Virus record (IMG/VR): IMGVR_UViG_3300042566_000762
Location: 1-64,000 of that record
DNA length: 64,000 nucleotides
DNA from: a virus
Strand: one strand, 5' to 3'
A program made the position numbers and the translations under genes. Under the pieces are notes generated by a model. The model was not told the DNA's origin and searched no databases. It saw nothing but the letters and a program-made list of their open reading frames with translations. Below are positions 29,658 to 39,359 of this stretch, one piece after another (position 1 is the stretch's first letter; each line of letters begins with the position of its first letter).

Positions 29658-29679
29658 ATCCTATAAATATCTTATATTC

Positions 29680-30366
29680 TTATAATCCGTAAGTCGGTTT
29701 TATTGCATTATAATTTTGTGTTATTTCCTCAATTGATAATTTTCTATTATACAAATAAAGATTTGCAACATGTCCAAAAGGTTGAGCAACAATATCATTA
29801 TTACCCACTCCCCAATGTGTGTTTCCACCCGAACCCTCATTGATTGTACTTCCCACTTGTGAACCATTTATGTAGAATGTTTGAGATGAATTATCCCCAA
29901 CTACCGTATATTGAACCCAAACACCAGCCGAAGATGAAACATCATATCCTGAACTTACGAATGTTGTTGCCCAATATCCTAATGTACTTGTTCCATTAGG
30001 AATAGTAATTGGTGTTATTTTACGAGTACCTTTTGTGTAAAGTAATGTTCTAAATCCTGAATTATTATTTATTAATCTTGCCCAAGTAATATAGGTATAT
30101 CCCGTTGTTGGTAAAGTTGGACCTGTTCCGTTTACATCAACTCTATTATTTCCGGTTGTGCAATCAAAACATTTTATTCCACTTAATGTAGTAAATGTAG
30201 CACCAATCAATGTGTGGTTATATGAATTAGTTAAATCATAAATGGTTGCCCCACTACCAGGATAACTTGTTGAATTATTTGCATCCAATTGAAGTAATAG
30301 CCCATTCGTAACCAACATATATGGATTTGGTGTAATTGTATATCCATTTTGAAATATTATTGGCAT
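29680..30366 (-). CDS. LamG/ConA-like lectin domain protein
   Basis: GLLLQLDANNSTSYPGSG..DL, FYING, LYNRKLS.EEI.QNYNA..YGL. Confidence 0.85.
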   Translation of the reverse strand: MPIIFQNGYTITPNPYMLVTNGLLLQLDANNSTSYPGSGATIYDLTNSYNHTLIGATFTTLSGIKCFDCTTGNNRVDVNGTGPTLPTTGYTYITWARLINNNSGFRTLLYTKGTRKITPITIPNGTSTLGYWATTFVSSGYDVSSSAGVWVQYTVVGDNSSQTFYINGSQVGSTINEGSGGNTHWGVGNNDIVAQPFGHVANLYLYNRKLSIEEITQNYNAIKPTYGL

Positions 30367-30369
30367 AAC

Positions 30370-32517
30370 TTATGATAGTTTTATATATCCGTAATTAATT
30401 GTTTGGGTTGTCCCACTATTATTTGTGATACCAAACTTAAATACATTTGAAGTATTTGGTGCGTATGATGTTGGAGAGGATATGAGAGTATTAGTTGTAC
30501 CTATAATTTGGTCAGGCATTGCAGTTAAAACTAATGCATTACCTGCTGTGTAATACCAACCATATTGAGCACCAATTACTGGTACATTTGTATTTGATGT
30601 TGTTACAGTTGCGTTCCAAGTTATAATACCATTTGGAATATTACCATTTACCCACATTGTATATGAAGCACCGGCTTCTACTGTAAAACTTTGTGTAGAT
30701 GCTCCTGCTGGTACCGACCAAGCTCCCGTTGTTTTTGATGGGAATGCAGTTGTCAATTGAGTTGAACCACTTATTACACCATTGGTTGCTGCTATTGAAC
30801 CCGTTATAGATGTTGCGTTTAATGAACCTGTAATTTCTACTAATCCATTATTTTGAATATATAAATTACTACCACTTTGTAAGAATAGTGATGAACTATT
30901 GTTCGTAATTGCAGATGCAATTATTTGTCCTGATGTAACAACCATTGAACCACTAAATATTTGTGACCCACTAAATGTGTTTGAACCAGTAGTTACCAAT
31001 CCATTAAATCTACTATTAAATGATGATGATATTGAAGAAAATGAACTACTTAAAGCATATCTTGCATCGTATGATGATGTCAATTGTGAAGAACCACTTA
31101 TTGTACCAGATGGGACTGCACTAACACTACCACTCAATGTATATCTTGTATCAAACGAAGATGTTAATTGTGATGAACCACTAATAGTTCCGGATGGGAA
31201 TGATGTTTTTGAATTTAATTCTACTGCCGTTAAAGTAGGGCCCATTGACTCACCAAAATCAAAAAGACCTGAAATACCACTAACAGTTCTCATACTATAT
31301 GTATAAGTTCCAGCTGATGCGGTATCTATTACATTTAAACAATATGGAACATTTAGGTTTGAACTATTTTCAACTTGGACAATATTTCCAATTGCAGTTT
31401 CATTTCTATAAATTTGTAATCTAGTCCAAGATGAAACATTTACTGGGTTTGCATCACCGGTCACCATAATTTGAACTGGGTTACCTGTTGTTGTTATGTT
31501 TTCACTTATTATTGTTACACCCGTTGATGTAACTCCGGTAACTCTACTACCCAATTTTTGAACATAGTTTACACTTCCACTTATGATTGATGCTTCTAAT
31601 GTATCTAATCTACTATCTACCGAAGAACTTAATGTTGTAAATGAAGATGTAGTTACCAATGAACCCGTATCTATGGTTGTTGAAGAACTTATAAATCCAA
31701 ATGCAGTTATTTGTGCAGATGAACTTAATAAATTTGAAGGTAATGGTTGAACACTTCCACTCAATGTATATCTTGCATCGTATGATGATGTTAATTGAGA
31801 TGAAGAACTTATTGCTCCACTTAATGATGTCAAAAATGAACCCGTTTCACTTTCAGTAATCCAACTACCACTTACACTCTCAATTGTGTTTAATCTATCC
31901 ACTAATGATGATGTAGATTGTGATGCCGTAAAAGTATTTAAATTTGAAATAGATGTTACCAAACTTGCAGTTGAAATACTTGCAGTAAAAGTATTTAAAT
32001 TTGAAATAGAAGTTACAATTGATGCCGTAGTTACACTTGCAGTAAAAGTATTTAAATTTGAAATAGATGTGTTTACTGATGATGTAAATGTTTGGTAAGA
32101 ACCCGTATCAAATCCACCTTGTATACTTACAACACTACCACTAATAACATTAAATGATTGTGATATTGAATTGAAAGATTGTGTTAAACTATTGAATGAA
32201 TTTATAGTAGTGTATGAACCCGTTACAAATCCTAAATCTAAAATTTGTGAAGAACCACTTATAGTTCCACTTGCAACCGATGCCGTAAATGATTGAGTAT
32301 AAGAATTGAAAGATGATGTTGATAATTTTGTATCTAATGTATTACTTAATGCATTAGTTACTAAGTCCGTTGCAAATGCACCATCTAACGAAGATGTTAA
32401 ATTATTTATAGAAATTTTATATGTTGTGCTACCTGAAATACCAAGTACAAAAGTTGTATCTAATGATGCTACACTTAATGCAGGTAATTCTGATATTTTT
32501 TTTCTTGAGTTTGCCAT
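30370..32517 (-). CDS. Ser/Thr-rich fibre protein
   Basis: KKISELP N-terminus; SGSSQLTSSYD.RY and TTGSNTF modules shared with other fibres. Confidence 0.75.
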   Translation of the reverse strand: MANSRKKISELPALSVASLDTTFVLGISGSTTYKISINNLTSSLDGAFATDLVTNALSNTLDTKLSTSSFNSYTQSFTASVASGTISGSSQILDLGFVTGSYTTINSFNSLTQSFNSISQSFNVISGSVVSIQGGFDTGSYQTFTSSVNTSISNLNTFTASVTTASIVTSISNLNTFTASISTASLVTSISNLNTFTASQSTSSLVDRLNTIESVSGSWITESETGSFLTSLSGAISSSSQLTSSYDARYTLSGSVQPLPSNLLSSSAQITAFGFISSSTTIDTGSLVTTSSFTTLSSSVDSRLDTLEASIISGSVNYVQKLGSRVTGVTSTGVTIISENITTTGNPVQIMVTGDANPVNVSSWTRLQIYRNETAIGNIVQVENSSNLNVPYCLNVIDTASAGTYTYSMRTVSGISGLFDFGESMGPTLTAVELNSKTSFPSGTISGSSQLTSSFDTRYTLSGSVSAVPSGTISGSSQLTSSYDARYALSSSFSSISSSFNSRFNGLVTTGSNTFSGSQIFSGSMVVTSGQIIASAITNNSSSLFLQSGSNLYIQNNGLVEITGSLNATSITGSIAATNGVISGSTQLTTAFPSKTTGAWSVPAGASTQSFTVEAGASYTMWVNGNIPNGIITWNATVTTSNTNVPVIGAQYGWYYTAGNALVLTAMPDQIIGTTNTLISSPTSYAPNTSNVFKFGITNNSGTTQTINYGYIKLS
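31921..32075 (-). repeat. Three tandem 57-bp repeats (TSISNLNTFTAS...)
   Basis: aaagtatttaaatttgaaataga recurs with a 57-bp period. Confidence 0.85.
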
Positions 32518-32520
32518 TTA

Positions 32521-33069
32521 TTATATTATTATGTCTAAACCACTTTCGGTTATTATTATTGAGTCATCTTCGGTTGCAACTGGTACATCTACCAATTTTC
32601 CCATAACATAAATATCATTAATAGTCACATTATCGTAATCTATATATTCTTCATTTAAAGTTATTACTACATTATTTCCAACTTCTTTAATTGTATAATT
32701 TCCTGGAATATGTAAACCAAATACTAATACTTCAAAATTATTAGGAGATGCTCCTTCGGTTCCATAATCTAATGTAACATTGTATATCGTTAATGTATTT
32801 GTATTATTGTCAAATTCATCAATTACTCTTTGATTGTATCTTGCACTATTTTCTAATATCTCTTGATAAAAATCCGATATTTTTGTTTTGTTATTTACTA
32901 ATTTAATTGGATTTGGATTGGAACGAGTTTTAGATTGAAATTTGGTATTGGTTGGAATTTCAATATTTTGTAAACTTCCGGTCAAATCATTATTAGTAAG
33001 ATTATTAATATTAACCTTTGGAACAACTCTATTAAGTTTTCTTATATTTGAATTAAATCTATTAAGCAT
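32521..33069 (-). CDS. Neck-associated structural protein
   Basis: Beta domain similar to 33062..33394 and the gp15 C-terminus; ends VATEDDSIIITESGLDIII. Confidence 0.55.
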   Translation of the reverse strand: MLNRFNSNIRKLNRVVPKVNINNLTNNDLTGSLQNIEIPTNTKFQSKTRSNPNPIKLVNNKTKISDFYQEILENSARYNQRVIDEFDNNTNTLTIYNVTLDYGTEGASPNNFEVLVFGLHIPGNYTIKEVGNNVVITLNEEYIDYDNVTINDIYVMGKLVDVPVATEDDSIIITESGLDIII

Positions 33070-33394
33070 ATTGTTCTATATCTCCTTCAATTTGAATATA
33101 ATCGTCAGCATCTAAAACAAACCCATTAAAATTAGTTTTTATAAATTTAACTAATAAACCATTTCCACCTTCTTCAACTATATAATCTCTTGCACTTATA
33201 CTTTGTGTATTAATGTAAATCTTTAATCTATCTTGTGTAGTTCTATATTGGATTTCTCTTAATATATCTACAAATCTCCAACCCGTAGCTTCAAAAATCC
33301 AATAAGTAGAATTTGTTAAATCTTTTGGAGTTAGATTTGTTTTACCAGGATTTCTACTGATTTTTTGGGTTATATCTAATAAACTTCTTTTCAT
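33062..33394 (-). CDS. Neck-associated structural protein
   Basis: LKIYINTQ..DY.V..LVKF..GFVLD.DD.I.I.G beta domain; coupled to gp15. Confidence 0.55.
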   Translation of the reverse strand: MKRSLLDITQKISRNPGKTNLTPKDLTNSTYWIFEATGWRFVDILREIQYRTTQDRLKIYINTQSISARDYIVEEGGNGLLVKFIKTNFNGFVLDADDYIQIEGDIEQYA

Positions 33395-34506
33395 TATACA
33401 ATATCAATAAATTTACCTGTAATAGTAATTTCGTCACCACTATCTACTGAAAATCCAGGAGACAATGCCAATATTAATGTATTGTTTGTATATGATGTTA
33501 TTGTAAAATGTGTGGTTTGATAATACCTAACACCATTTATATATAATTTAATATCGTAAGATTTTTCATCATAGGTCAATCCGGAAGTAATCACCCCAGC
33601 CAATTGTGCAGGTGCTTGTATTAATTTTATTCCTGAGAATGTTGCAGTATTAATTCCACCATCTACGACTTTACTATTATTTAAAGATAAAAAGTCAATT
33701 AAATCTTTATTGTCATAATATGCCGATGGTGTTGTTAATAAACCCTCCAATCTACCATTTCCAGTTACATCCACTTCGGTTGAAACGATAACTCGTTTTG
33801 TAGAGAATGATTTTTTTGTAGTATCTTCTCCGTCAAATTTTTCTGGAAGTAAATATGCTTTAACAGTTAAACTAAACTCAACTCTATTAATTCTTTCAGT
33901 ATTTTCACCAACTTCATTTACAACATTGTAATCCGATATTGTTGTTAAAAATTTAAATTTTGTTTTGTCACCCCAATATTCGTCAGATGCAAAAGATAAT
34001 GATTCAATTACGGTATTTAAATGTTCTATGTAATTTGTCCAAGCCATACATTCATAAGTAACTTCAATATAATCTGGCATTGTTACATTATATACTTCAT
34101 ACGATGGTTTTTGGTTTCCTAGTATTGAAAATTTATCGTATCTATTATTTTTATTATATTTTGAATATGCTCTATACGATACATGCCTATTAAACATTGG
34201 CATTGAATCATTTTTTGCAATAGATGTTCTACGAAGCATCATAATTGGTAATTGTATTTTACCTTTTATGTCTCTAAAAACACCATCTCTTCTTGCTCCT
34301 TTCCATCTTTCCGAATTACCATATATAACAGGAATTTTTAATGCTTGGCCATTTCCATCTTCTAAAGTTGGTAATGCAACATCTTCTAAATAAGACATCA
34401 TAGCATAATCAATATCAAAAAGAGTAACACTTTTTTTAACGTTACCCTTCTCAGTTTTAATTTGCTTTGCTCTATCTAAGTCTTTTTTTAATGGGTTTTG
34501 TGCCAT
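33394..34506 (-). CDS. gp15: Tail terminator/completion protein (gp15-like) with C-terminal extension
   Basis: KIPVIYGNSERW, KIQLPIM, P...VTYE, FSLTVKAYL; synteny after gp13/gp14. Confidence 0.65.
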   Translation of the reverse strand: MAQNPLKKDLDRAKQIKTEKGNVKKSVTLFDIDYAMMSYLEDVALPTLEDGNGQALKIPVIYGNSERWKGARRDGVFRDIKGKIQLPIMMLRRTSIAKNDSMPMFNRHVSYRAYSKYNKNNRYDKFSILGNQKPSYEVYNVTMPDYIEVTYECMAWTNYIEHLNTVIESLSFASDEYWGDKTKFKFLTTISDYNVVNEVGENTERINRVEFSLTVKAYLLPEKFDGEDTTKKSFSTKRVIVSTEVDVTGNGRLEGLLTTPSAYYDNKDLIDFLSLNNSKVVDGGINTATFSGIKLIQAPAQLAGVITSGLTYDEKSYDIKLYINGVRYYQTTHFTITSYTNNTLILALSPGFSVDSGDEITITGKFIDIV

Positions 34507-34510
34507 AATA

Positions 34511-34966
34511 TTAATTTACTCTTTCTTCTATGTTTAATGTAGATTTAGATACCATAAGTGCGGAACATACTATACTATAATTATTATCAGGTTGGCCGCC
34601 AATGAATTGTATTTCATTTGTGTTATCAATTTCATAATAAGAATTATCAAAGTAAATAATATCACCTATTTCTGGATAAATGTTTTTTTCACTACAAGTA
34701 TCTTTATCAAATTTAAATGTTATCATCTGCAAATTATCAGGACCAAATCCTTCATATTGAAAGTTTTCAGGTTCTTTATCTGCCAATGCATATAATTCAA
34801 CACCTTGATGCCATGTTTTATTTAGAGCTTCCCCATATATGTTTACTTTTGTTTCATATATGTTTATTTTATACAAAACAACCGCAACCTGTATTACCGT
34901 ATCTACCAATTCTCTTGAAATAGATTTAAAAAATGCAATGTCTCTAGCTTGTAAAAATTTTGGCAT
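34511..34966 (-). CDS. gp14: Neck/head-completion protein (gp14-like)
   Basis: NIYGEA..K, FG, PEIGDIIYF..YYEI; synteny. Confidence 0.65.
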   Translation of the reverse strand: MPKFLQARDIAFFKSISRELVDTVIQVAVVLYKINIYETKVNIYGEALNKTWHQGVELYALADKEPENFQYEGFGPDNLQMITFKFDKDTCSEKNIYPEIGDIIYFDNSYYEIDNTNEIQFIGGQPDNNYSIVCSALMVSKSTLNIEERVN

Positions 34967-34967
34967 A

Positions 34968-36176
34968 TTATCCTACATATATTTTTAAAGGAACTTTTCT
35001 TAACATTTCTTGTTGGTGAGTCGATTCATGTGCTTTATTTTCCATCACTTTAATTCTACTCATCTCTTCCAAATTTTCTCTAAGTTGTTTTACTAAATCA
35101 TCTTTTTCTACCTGTGCCTCTGCTCTCAATGCTGCACCATCTAAACTTACTTCACCATCTGGAATTGGAACCGAACTATACTTTTCTCTAATTGCACCCA
35201 ATAATTCTTTTGTAAGTGCAAGTGTATATTTTCGAATCCACTGTTTACCAACTTCATTTATATTTGAATATTGGATAAAATCATATGGAATATCCGAATA
35301 GTCAGAAAGTGAATCGGCTTGAACGGTTTGTGAATCGTGTTCAAATTCATCTCTACTTATATATTCAAAATAAACTCTACTCATTCCTGTACCTGTTGGT
35401 ATTGGAAATATTTCTAATTTATTATCTACAATATTAAATGTGTGTGCTGATTTTCTAATATGGTCATTGAACTCAATTTGTTGCATTCTCATAACATCTT
35501 CATACAAAGGCATCATTAAGAATTGTGCAGCTGGTGAATAATTACCAAATCCTAACTCACTAATTAAATTTAATGTTCCTTGTGCACCTACCGAATATGG
35601 GTCAAAAAATCTTGTAATAGCAGGAACTGCTTCATGATATACTCTGGTTACATCTACAGTAGAACTACCACTAAATATTTCAGAAAAATTTCTACCACTT
35701 TCAACATCAACTGCGCCTGACATTAAATTATATAATTGAACCGATGCAGTTAAATTGACATAAGCTTTTTTTATCGATGTAGAACCTCCAACTCCCGCAA
35801 GTGTTCCATATTGTTGAGACATACGAACCGTTGTTGGTAAAAATGAACCATCTACAAGTGTTTGTGAATAGTTTGCAACTTTACCTTTGGGTTGCCCTCT
35901 AAGAATATCTAAATTATTTCTAAGATTGAATTGATTTACTTGTGCAGAATATTCCGAAACGGATTCTTCAAAACATGCCCAAATTTGTTGGTTATCTAAT
36001 TCAATATTTACAATAGGATAACCCAATCTTTTTGCTACCCATACTGCAGTTTTAGGTGCATCGGTTTTAAAATCAGTATCATTATCATATATTCCAAATG
36101 GAGTAGCTTCTAAAGACGCGGATGCAGATAAAAATGAGTTATACGTTGAACCGGTCCAGTATGTGTTTGCAGACAT
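34968..36176 (-). CDS. gp13: Neck protein (gp13-like)
   Basis: RLGYPIVNIELDNQQI; WIRKYTLALTKELLGAIREKYSSVPIPDGEVSLDG. Confidence 0.85.
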   Translation of the reverse strand: MSANTYWTGSTYNSFLSASASLEATPFGIYDNDTDFKTDAPKTAVWVAKRLGYPIVNIELDNQQIWACFEESVSEYSAQVNQFNLRNNLDILRGQPKGKVANYSQTLVDGSFLPTTVRMSQQYGTLAGVGGSTSIKKAYVNLTASVQLYNLMSGAVDVESGRNFSEIFSGSSTVDVTRVYHEAVPAITRFFDPYSVGAQGTLNLISELGFGNYSPAAQFLMMPLYEDVMRMQQIEFNDHIRKSAHTFNIVDNKLEIFPIPTGTGMSRVYFEYISRDEFEHDSQTVQADSLSDYSDIPYDFIQYSNINEVGKQWIRKYTLALTKELLGAIREKYSSVPIPDGEVSLDGAALRAEAQVEKDDLVKQLRENLEEMSRIKVMENKAHESTHQQEMLRKVPLKIYVG

Positions 36177-36201
36177 TACTTAAAATTTATAGTTTTACTA
36201 C

Positions 36202-36210
36202 TATAAATAT
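36202..36210 (-). promoter_or_regulatory. ATATTTATA motif upstream of the neck operon
   Basis: Immediately after the capsid terminator. Confidence 0.6.
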
Positions 36211-36220
36211 GAATTATATA

Positions 36221-36264
36221 AATAAAAAAGGGGAAAGTATTTCTACTCTCCCCTTTTCTTTATT
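36221..36264 (-). terminator. Rho-independent terminator after the major capsid gene
   Basis: Minus strand AAAAGGGGAGAGTA-GAAA-TACTTTCCCCTTTTTT. Confidence 0.88.
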
Positions 36265-36297
36265 GTAAGTCTATTACTTATCTAATCTACTCAAAGA

Positions 36298-37911
36298 TTA
36301 TAAAGTGTTCAAACCTTCAACGATAACTTTACCGTAGAACTCAGGTCTTACGATTTTCTTAGCGTATCTAGTCATAACACCTCTTCTTGGAGTGAAGTTA
36401 GTTGGGTCATAAACTAATGGAGTCATAATCAATGGAACATATGGTGCGTAAACTGCTCCTGTTTCGAAGAAGTTAGAACCTTTGAAGCCCATTAAGATAA
36501 CGTTCTCTGTCATGTATGGGTTTTTGTAAACATCATATCTGTTAGAGATTGAACCGATGTTAGTTACACCTGCTGCGAAAGTTAACGCATCCTTACCAGG
36601 ATTTGCAGAGAAACCATTCATTGATTCTAAAATAGTAGCTACGTTTGGAGATACAACTAAGAAGTTAGCACCACCTCTCATAGTCAATTGGTGAATCTTG
36701 TTAGATACCTTTTGTAATTTGATACCTAAAGTTTGATACCAAGTACTCTTAGTGTATGCAGATGCTGCAGCCGCGTTAGCGTCAATTGCAAATGCGTTAG
36801 TTGCACTATTGTAATCGTATCCAACTCTTGCAGACCAATAATCAGTTGTGAAAGCATTTTGTTGTAACATATCTAAGATTTCTAAGTCGATTTCTAAAGA
36901 GATGTATTCAGACAACATTTGAGTTAACTCAGCTTCAGCGTCTACACTATGGTAAGCGTTTAAATCTTGAGCTAATTCAGGAGTCCAAATTGCTTTTAAT
37001 TTTCTTGTCTTAGCAACGATTGGTTCAGATTTCAATTCTAATTCGATTTCTGGAATATTGATATCAGCACCAGTTCTATCTTCAAAGTCACCTCTGTTGT
37101 AATCGGTTGGTTGAACGTGGTAAGTTAATACCTGAGTTCCCAAGTTAACATCAGCTGCAGCAGAACCAGAAAGGATAAATGATGCAGAACCTTCAGATAA
37201 TGTAGTATATTCTGGTAATAAAGTTGTTGTTGCAGAACCTGAAACTTTGAAAGCTTTGATTCCGTTGTAATCAGCATCAGCAGGTAACCCAACAGTTACT
37301 TTCATAATTCTGTGGTTAGCTCCAGCGATAGAAGCAGATAATGCAGAATCAAATCTAACATCAGCAACAGATGCAGAAGCTACAGTAGCTGTTACGTTTG
37401 CAGTTGTGTCGTTGATTGTGTATCCAAATCTACCAGAACCATAAAGACCACCTTCAGTAGCTTGAGTAGAACCCAATTTGTTTCCTGTTGGAGATAAATT
37501 GTCTTTACCGAAAGTACCACCATTACCGAACATAGAAGAACCAGATGCTGGTCTACCTAAAGTTGTGTTAGTACCATATTTGAAATCCATGTAGAAAATA
37601 AGACCTGAAGGTAAGTTCATTGGTTGAACTGAAACGAACTCTTTAGAAGCGATAGAACCGAAGATTCTTCTTACTAAAGGTAACGCAACACCAGCCCACT
37701 CTTCAGAACCTGAAGATGTACCTGTTCTTGTAGCCTCATCTAATAATTGTTTTGCTTGGTTTTCTAACATTACTGCCATACCATGCTTGTTTGTTTCAGA
37801 ACCTGCGTTCTCTAACAAACCTGTTTTTTCCCACTTAGCTTTCAAACCTCTTGTTTGCTCTAACATAAGAGTTTGAGGGTTTGCGCCAGTCATTAATTTT
37901 TTTAAGTCCAT
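36298..37911 (-). CDS. gp23: Major capsid protein (gp23-like)
   Basis: KW..LLE, LPLVRR, VQPMNLPSGLIF, AKTRKLKAIWTPELAQDLNAYH, AEAELT, YAPYVPL, FTPRRGVMTRYA. Confidence 0.97.
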   Translation of the reverse strand: MDLKKLMTGANPQTLMLEQTRGLKAKWEKTGLLENAGSETNKHGMAVMLENQAKQLLDEATRTGTSSGSEEWAGVALPLVRRIFGSIASKEFVSVQPMNLPSGLIFYMDFKYGTNTTLGRPASGSSMFGNGGTFGKDNLSPTGNKLGSTQATEGGLYGSGRFGYTINDTTANVTATVASASVADVRFDSALSASIAGANHRIMKVTVGLPADADYNGIKAFKVSGSATTTLLPEYTTLSEGSASFILSGSAAADVNLGTQVLTYHVQPTDYNRGDFEDRTGADINIPEIELELKSEPIVAKTRKLKAIWTPELAQDLNAYHSVDAEAELTQMLSEYISLEIDLEILDMLQQNAFTTDYWSARVGYDYNSATNAFAIDANAAAASAYTKSTWYQTLGIKLQKVSNKIHQLTMRGGANFLVVSPNVATILESMNGFSANPGKDALTFAAGVTNIGSISNRYDVYKNPYMTENVILMGFKGSNFFETGAVYAPYVPLIMTPLVYDPTNFTPRRGVMTRYAKKIVRPEFYGKVIVEGLNTL

Positions 37912-37939
37912 TTTAAATGAATTTATTTTTTTTGTTTAA

Positions 37940-39172
37940 TTATTTTATAATACCTGCTAATTTCTTAAATCTGTCGGAGAAATTTGTGCTTTCTGCAATT
38001 ACTGCTTTAGCTTGTGCTGGCTTAGTAGATTTTGATACTTTGCTAGCAATTCCTTCAGAAATAGATTTTTTAGTAGATTTTTGTGTAGTTGAAGTATATT
38101 TGAAGTTCTCTGCTAATGTAGAGAATACCAATTTAACCTCTCTTACTGATTTTGTTCTATCCAAAGTTTCAATCACTTTAACTTTTTGTTCGTTAGTCAT
38201 GTTGTGTGCTCTGAATAATTTATTAGCGAATAATAACTTAGCGTTTAATAAGTTTACTTCGTTAATTGTTCTTTGTAAAGATTTGATAGTCTTGTAAGCT
38301 TCGTTTAATTCAGCATCTTTTTCGTCAGCTTTCTTATCTTCCGCATCACCTTTCATATCATCTTCCATTTCTCTTAAGATTTCTTCTAAATCAACAACTT
38401 CTTTGTCATCTTCTTTAGAATCTTCTTCAGCTTCGTTAGTTGATTTCTTTTCGTCATCTTCTTCTTCAGCTTCGTTGGTTGCTTTTTCATCATCTTCTTC
38501 TTCAGCTTCATACATAGAATCTTCTTCTTTTTCAGAATCGTCTCCATCTAATTGTGCTTCCAATTCTCTGATGATTGCTTCTAAGTCCATATCATCTTCA
38601 GACTCTTCGTCATCAGAACCCATGTCCATTGAATCGTCACCCATTTCAGAATCCATGCCCATGTCATCCATGCCCATTTCATCTTCACCTTCTGCTTGTG
38701 CAAATGGATTTTCTTCTTCTTCAGAATCTTCTCCTTCTAATTCTGCCAATCTAGCTTTCAATTCTGCAATTTCTGCATCTTTGTCACCTTCTTGGTCATC
38801 AGCGAATGGATTTTCTTCTTCAGAAATGTCTGCTACTTTCTTATAGTCAGTACCAGCTTGTTCTGGCTTACCACTATCTTTTTTTACACCTACTGATAAA
38901 TCAGTATCTGCATCTAAAGTTGGTGTTGCACCAGGAGTCTCAGCGTATCCTGCTTCAACTTTTGAACCGATTCCAGTAGAATCTAATTCTTCGTCAACTT
39001 TTTTAGCGTCATCATCTTCCATTTCTGCTTCTGCTCTCATCTTTTGAGATAAGATAGATTGTAGTCTTGGAGTAAATGCTTCTTCTAAAGCTAACTTTGC
39101 GTTTGCTAAAGCGGTTTCTTTAACTGCTTTGGCATCAGCGATTGCTTCTTTCAATAATTTTGAATTTGCCAT
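37940..39172 (-). CDS. gp22: Prohead core/scaffold protein (gp22-like)
   Basis: Very acidic middle region, coiled coil, ends FSDRFKKLAGI; directly upstream of gp23. Confidence 0.85.
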   Translation of the reverse strand: MANSKLLKEAIADAKAVKETALANAKLALEEAFTPRLQSILSQKMRAEAEMEDDDAKKVDEELDSTGIGSKVEAGYAETPGATPTLDADTDLSVGVKKDSGKPEQAGTDYKKVADISEEENPFADDQEGDKDAEIAELKARLAELEGEDSEEEENPFAQAEGEDEMGMDDMGMDSEMGDDSMDMGSDDEESEDDMDLEAIIRELEAQLDGDDSEKEEDSMYEAEEEDDEKATNEAEEEDDEKKSTNEAEEDSKEDDKEVVDLEEILREMEDDMKGDAEDKKADEKDAELNEAYKTIKSLQRTINEVNLLNAKLLFANKLFRAHNMTNEQKVKVIETLDRTKSVREVKLVFSTLAENFKYTSTTQKSTKKSISEGIASKVSKSTKPAQAKAVIAESTNFSDRFKKLAGIIK

Positions 39173-39330
39173 CTTGTTTTCTCCTTAAATTTTGTTGTGA
39201 AGTTATTCTTGTAGGGAACTCCAATGTAATTATGTTGATTGTTCGGTCACACCTTATAAGAAGGGTATTCATTAATCAACTCTGTCTTGTAATCTTATAA
39301 TAAAAAATAAGATATTTGATAATATATATG
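39173..39330 (-). promoter_or_regulatory. Structured leader with Shine-Dalgarno AAGGAG (39181-39186) upstream of the scaffold gene
   Basis: Stems ATCTTAT/ATAAGAT, GTTGATT/AATCAAC (inner CCTT/AAGG) and TGGAGTT/AACTTCA; AAGGAG-N8-ATG. Confidence 0.55.
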
Positions 39331-39359
39331 TAAATTTTTTAGAAAACTAAAGAAAACTA

